A stretch of DNA of 64,000 bases from Diplonema japonicum (lineage: Eukaryota > Protista > Euglenozoa: Diplonemea). The notes beneath the pieces are model-generated. The model was not told the origin of the DNA, did no database searches, and was given only the letters and a program-made list of their open reading frames with translations. Positions 59,149-64,000 of the stretch are shown here, piece after piece (position 1 is the first letter of the stretch; each line of letters starts with the position of its first letter). A program made the translations under genes and the position numbers. The DNA is taken from positions 62,001-126,000 of the forward strand of contig OZ025735.1 of NCBI GenBank assembly GCA_964019335.1, written 5' to 3'.

Positions 59149-61676
59149 GTGATGAGTAAATATAATCCTTGAAATCTGAATCTCTTGAAGAAAACCTTCA
59201 AACTTGCATATAACTACTCTGGCTGACACTCTGCTGGCACTGTTGTTCTCTTCCCATCTTCCTCGAAACAACTGCAAAACATATGATGACGGTACTTCTC
59301 CAGGGCACTGGACGCTTAGTCTCTTGTGACGGTGATTATCCACAAAAGTATTTCACAGCGTTGACATTCACTGATCCGGAATGACGAGGAAGATCAAGGG
59401 GAGCGAGTGGGACAAGGAAGCTGTCTTGCATGCTTCTCACGCAGCCTTTGATCAAGATGATGAATAAAAACAAAGGAAATCATAGGAATCTCATTGATTT
59501 GATCTTTTTGAATTGAAACCATCCTTTTCATAACCTCCTGAACACACTCCCGCCACCCAGGACCCACCACCCAGCCACCTCGCCAAGATGCCATGCAACC
59601 ACATAGCTGGTGTCTTAGTAGTTGGGCTTAGATGTCCTCCTTTGCAACTCGGTTTTTTTCTTCTTCCATTTTTCATTTTTGTTGTGATGATCAAATATAA
59701 TCCTTGAAATCTGAATCTCTTGAAGAAAACCTTCAAACTTGCATATAACTACTCTGGCTGACATAACGTTTTCCTCTCTTCCTCGAAACACCGTAAACAT
59801 GATGACAGTACTTCTCCAGGGCACTGGACGCTTAGTCTCTTGTGACGGTGATTATCCACAAAAGTATTTCACAGCGTTGACATTCACTGATCCGGAATGA
59901 CGAGAAGATGAAGGGGAGCGAGTGGGACAAGGAAGCCGTCCCTGCACTGATCCGGAATGAAGATGAGAAAGCAAAGTTGATAGCCTTGCATCGACAATCG
60001 GCATTCCCATTTTATTTGCTGGCATGCGGTTTTCGTCTTAGTGCTTGCATGTTAATTTGAATTTGTTCCTCCCTCGCCATATGTTTGTGGTACTCCTCTG
60101 CTCTGTTGCAGTGCTTGTGCTCACCCGTTTGTGATGATCAAATATAATCCTTGAAATCTGAATCCCTTGAAGAAAACCTTCAAACTTGCATATAACTACT
60201 CTGGCTGACACTCTGCTGGCACTGTTGTTCTCTTCCCATCTTCCTCGAAACAACTGCAAAACATATGATGACAGTACTTCTCCAGGGCACTGGACGCTTA
60301 GTCTCTTGTGACGGTGATTATCCACAAAAGTATTTCACAGCGTTGACATTCACTGATCCGGAATGACGAGGAAGATCAAGGGGAGCGAGTGGGACAAGGA
60401 AGCCTTGTGGGATGTTTCCCTTGTGGCCTTTGATCAAGATGATGAATAAAACAAAGGAAATCATAGGAATCTCATTGATTTGATCTTTTTGAATTGAAAC
60501 CATCCTTTTCATAACCTCCTGAACACACTCCCGCCACCCAGGACCCACCACCCAGCCACCTCGCCAAGATGCCATGCAACCACATAGCTGGTGTCTTAGT
60601 AGTTGGGCTTAGATGTCCTCCTTTGCAACTCGGTTTTTTTTTGGAGCGACATCCCAAAGGGGAGCATCATAAGGTAGGCACGCCACCGTAGTAGGCCGTT
60701 GCTAACCACTTCGTTTCCTATCATAGTGATTTTCTTTTTATTACGACAGGCACGTGTCGAGTCCCTTGGATGGTGGGCTCCAGCGCAAAGGATGATGATC
60801 AAATATAATCCTTGAAATCTGAATCTCTTGAAGAAAACCTTCAAACTTGCATATAACTACTCTGGCTGACATTGTTATTCGCTGCTTCTCTTCCTCCTTC
60901 GCCACGTGTTTGTGCTCCTCTGTTTCTTTTGTGATGAGTAACTATAATCCTTGAAATCTGAATCCCTTGAAGAAAACCTTCAAACTTGCATATAACTACT
61001 CTGGCTGACACTCTGCTGGCACTGTTGCTCTCTTCCCATCTTCCTCGAAACTATTGTAAAAACACATGATGACAGTACTTCTCCAGGGCACTGGACGCTT
61101 AGTCTCTTGTGACGGTGATTATCCACAAAAGTATTTCACAGCGTTGACATTCACTGATCCGGAATGACGAGGAAGATCAAGGGGAGCGAGTGGATGTTTC
61201 CCCTGTGTCCTTTGATCAAGATGATGAATAAAAACAAAGGAAATCATAGGAATCTCATTGATTTGATCTTTTTGAATTGAAACCATCCTTTTCATAACCT
61301 CCTGAACACACTCCCGCCACCCAGGACCCACCACCCAGCCACCTCGCCAAGATGCCATGCAACCACATAGCTGGTGTCTTAGTAGTTGGGCTTAGATGTC
61401 CTGCGTTTGTAAAGATTTTTATTTTGTTGTGATGTGTGCTTACCCGTTTGTGATGACCAAATATAATCCTTGAAATCTGAATCTCTTGAAGAAAACTTTC
61501 AAACTTGCATATAACTACTCTGGCTGACACTCTGCTGGCACTGTTGCTCTCTTCCCATCTTCCTCGAAACTATTGTAAAAACACATGATGACAGTACTTC
61601 TCCAGGGCACTGGACGCTTAGTCTCTTGTGACGGTGATTATCCACAAAAGTATTTCACAGCGTTGACATTCACTGA
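59149..61676 (+). ncRNA. snoRNA cluster 3: A 59149-59226, B 59283-59374, C 59457-59541, D 59570-59635, A 59684-59761, B 59799-59890, A 60131-60208, B 60265-60356, C 60439-60522, D 60551-60616, A 60792-60869, A 60931-61008, B 61066-61157, C 61221-61305, D 61334-61399, A 61450-61527, B 61585-61676
   Basis: Same four families. Followed by a ~70-nt poly-T tract (61689-61759). Confidence 0.9.
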
Positions 61677-61687
61677 CCCATACAAAC

Positions 61688-61759
<72 letters not shown>

Positions 61760-61816
61760 CAAGAAAATATTTGCTTCAATCGAAAAACAAAAAAAAAAAA
61801 CAAAAAAAGGAAAATA

Positions 61817-64000
61817 ATGAAGGTGGAAGATGAAGAGGGAATGTTGAGGAGCATTGAGGTCCCGGCGATGCAGTTCTCGTGCGTGCAGAACGAGCAGGAG
61901 TTTCATGTTGAGAGGTTGCCTGATGAATACTATCAGAAAATGCATGAAACGCTCGAGGTGGACGCTGACGACGATAACACAGAAGTCATGCGCGTGCAGA
62001 TGCTGGAGCTCGACAAGAAGGACAAACTAATCGCAAAGCTCGAGCAAACCGTCGAAAGCGCCAAAAAACTAGTAACGGCAACAGCACGACAAGCCGTGAA
62101 GGACCTGATAGACCACGTAGCAGGCAACATGGAGGCGATGAAAATATCTCTATTCGAAACTATGGGTGTGTTCATCCCACAAGAAGAACGAGCGCGTGCG
62201 AATGAAGTAGCAAAACACGTTTCGTGGTTTACCGGCGCCATGCACTCTTCTGAAGGTCTTTCCCCGAAAAAAGGCGTTCTCGACTCCATGTTCAGGTTCG
62301 CAAATGAAGAGATCAAACTCAGATGGACGGTTTCGAAGAACTGCTACACGACCACGACCGGAACGGTGCTCCTTGACTACAAAACCCTGTGGACCTCGCA
62401 ACATGCCACCATAATCGATCTTGAGACCAAGCTCACCCAAACGCAGCACTTGCTCACAACGTCTCACGCGCTGCACAGCTCGCTCCTCGGCACCCACGAA
62501 TCGCAAAAAGCAGAGATCATAAAACACCGCACCCAATACATCACCGAGCTCCTCCTCAAATCACAGCGGATACGGGAGCTTGATGCACGTCTTGCTCAGC
62601 TCACCATGCACACCCCTAAACCCATTCCTAAAATCACGGAATTCGGCGAGGAGCAGAATGAAGAAGAAGAAGAAGAAGAAGAGAAAGAAGACACGATGGA
62701 GGAGATCCTACAAGATGAAGTCGACGCTCTCAAAAAACAAGTTTTGGAGAAGTCCCACCAAGTAGCTGCGCTGTCCAAAGAGCTGGTAACCTACCGAAAC
62801 GAAATCCAATCGCTGCGAAACGAGCTGGAGAAGAAGTGGGCGGAACCGGCATACCCTTCCACAGCGAGCGACGAGGAAGAAGAAGTAGAAGAAGAAGAAA
62901 AAGAAGAAGAAAAACAAGAACAAGAAACAGAAAGACACAAGGAAGAAGAAGACGTGCACGATGGAAACGTGACGCCTGCCTCTGATTCACCTTCCGAATT
63001 GTCGATATTCAACCCGAACCCACCGACCTTGGATGAGATGGATGAGCTTCAGGAGGGCGTAGAAGTGGCCTTCCTCGTTCCGTCAGAAACTGGGACACAC
63101 CCAGTATGGGCCACGGGCCGTGTTGCCAAAAACCCAAGCGATCGAAAAAGCGTTACCTTTGATCAAAACGTTATGATCACATCTTCAGAAGGTAACCGAT
63201 CCTCGATACCAAGGAAGAGCATCAGGGTGCTATCTAAAAGCAGCCTCCCAAACGTGTTCGGCATGTCTCATGAAATGAATGTGGACATCGCGCAGCTTCG
63301 GGTGCAGCTCGCACAAGCCGAGGAGAAGATCGTCTTGCTGACCAACGAGCTCGACGACGCCAGCGACAAGATCCAAGAGCTCGAGACACAGTCCGAGGCA
63401 CAGGAACTGGAACGAGCAAAGCTCGCAAGGAAAGAATCTGTGAAGGTGCCTGAGTCACCGTCGAATCGCAACTACGAGGAGGTCATCGACGGCCTGAAGG
63501 ATGAGACTCTTGCTCTCACAGCTGAAATAAAGCTGATGTCAGAAGAGATCGAGACCCTCGAGAACAGCTTACTTCAAGAGGAAGGGAAGACACTTACCGC
63601 ACAGAAGGAGCACAACGAGGCGAAACAAAAAGTCGGGTACCTCCAAGAAGCGAACGACGAGCTGAGCAACTTGCTTGATGTGTGGAAGGGAAAGGTGCAG
63701 TTTCTGGAAGATCAAAACGCTGTTCTGAAGGAGGGGCAGGGACAGGACGAAGGCCAAGAAGAAGACTCGGAATCTGGATCGGACGTGAAACGTTTGAAGA
63801 GGCTGGTGTGCAACCTGCGGATGATCATCGAGGACTCAAAGTCGAACCTCAGACTGCTGAGGCAAGCGCAGAGCAACCTCATCGCCGACTTCAGCGCCTT
63901 CAAATACAAACACAGGAACTGTGAAAACAACGACGAGGACAACCCGCACGCCTCGATGGACAGCGTGCTGGAGGGGCTGCGGGGTGCTGCTGGTGAGTCG
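61817..64000 (+). CDS. Large acidic coiled-coil protein, 3' end outside window (absent from ORF track because no stop is reached)
   Basis: ATG at 61817 (MKVEDEEGMLRSIEVP...) reads open for 728 codons to the window end. Confidence 0.85.
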   Translation, partial: MKVEDEEGMLRSIEVPAMQFSCVQNEQEFHVERLPDEYYQKMHETLEVDADDDNTEVMRVQMLELDKKDKLIAKLEQTVESAKKLVTATARQAVKDLIDHVAGNMEAMKISLFETMGVFIPQEERARANEVAKHVSWFTGAMHSSEGLSPKKGVLDSMFRFANEEIKLRWTVSKNCYTTTTGTVLLDYKTLWTSQHATIIDLETKLTQTQHLLTTSHALHSSLLGTHESQKAEIIKHRTQYITELLLKSQRIRELDARLAQLTMHTPKPIPKITEFGEEQNEEEEEEEEKEDTMEEILQDEVDALKKQVLEKSHQVAALSKELVTYRNEIQSLRNELEKKWAEPAYPSTASDEEEEVEEEEKEEEKQEQETERHKEEEDVHDGNVTPASDSPSELSIFNPNPPTLDEMDELQEGVEVAFLVPSETGTHPVWATGRVAKNPSDRKSVTFDQNVMITSSEGNRSSIPRKSIRVLSKSSLPNVFGMSHEMNVDIAQLRVQLAQAEEKIVLLTNELDDASDKIQELETQSEAQELERAKLARKESVKVPESPSNRNYEEVIDGLKDETLALTAEIKLMSEEIETLENSLLQEEGKTLTAQKEHNEAKQKVGYLQEANDELSNLLDVWKGKVQFLEDQNAVLKEGQGQDEGQEEDSESGSDVKRLKRLVCNLRMIIEDSKSNLRLLRQAQSNLIADFSAFKYKHRNCENNDEDNPHASMDSVLEGLRGAAGES

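Overview
Eukaryotic, gene-dense window. It is most likely from a euglenozoan such as a diplonemid; this is inferred from three features: all confident genes on the + strand, frequent short cis-introns, and single-hairpin AGA-box guide RNAs. About 20 protein-coding genes were reconstructed by hand across GT-AG introns. They include a RING protein, an ARMH3/C10orf76-like protein, an EDEM3-like GH47+PA mannosidase with extra ABM-like domains, AP-4 beta, Nup93/Nic96, LSG1, a TPR/HAT protein, a GPI-type Cys-rich protein, an LPCAT with EF hands, a PX protein, an ArsJ-type arsenical MFS exporter with a 3' pseudocopy, a catalytically degenerate PGK and a LIM protein. The main non-coding system, not captured by the ORF track, is one snoRNA cassette amplified to about 44 copies in three clusters (~3.4-5.0, 28.1-31.3 and 59.1-61.7 kb). 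It has three box C/D families and one single-hairpin AGA-box H/ACA family, and the guides can be read against conserved rRNA (SSU 5' end; LSU domain IV). Also present are a piggyBac-type MITE, a Tc1/mariner-type MITE, an intronic fold-back element and several small dispersed repeats. rRNA numbering is recalled from yeast/human references and is approximate. Homopolymer lengths may be unreliable.
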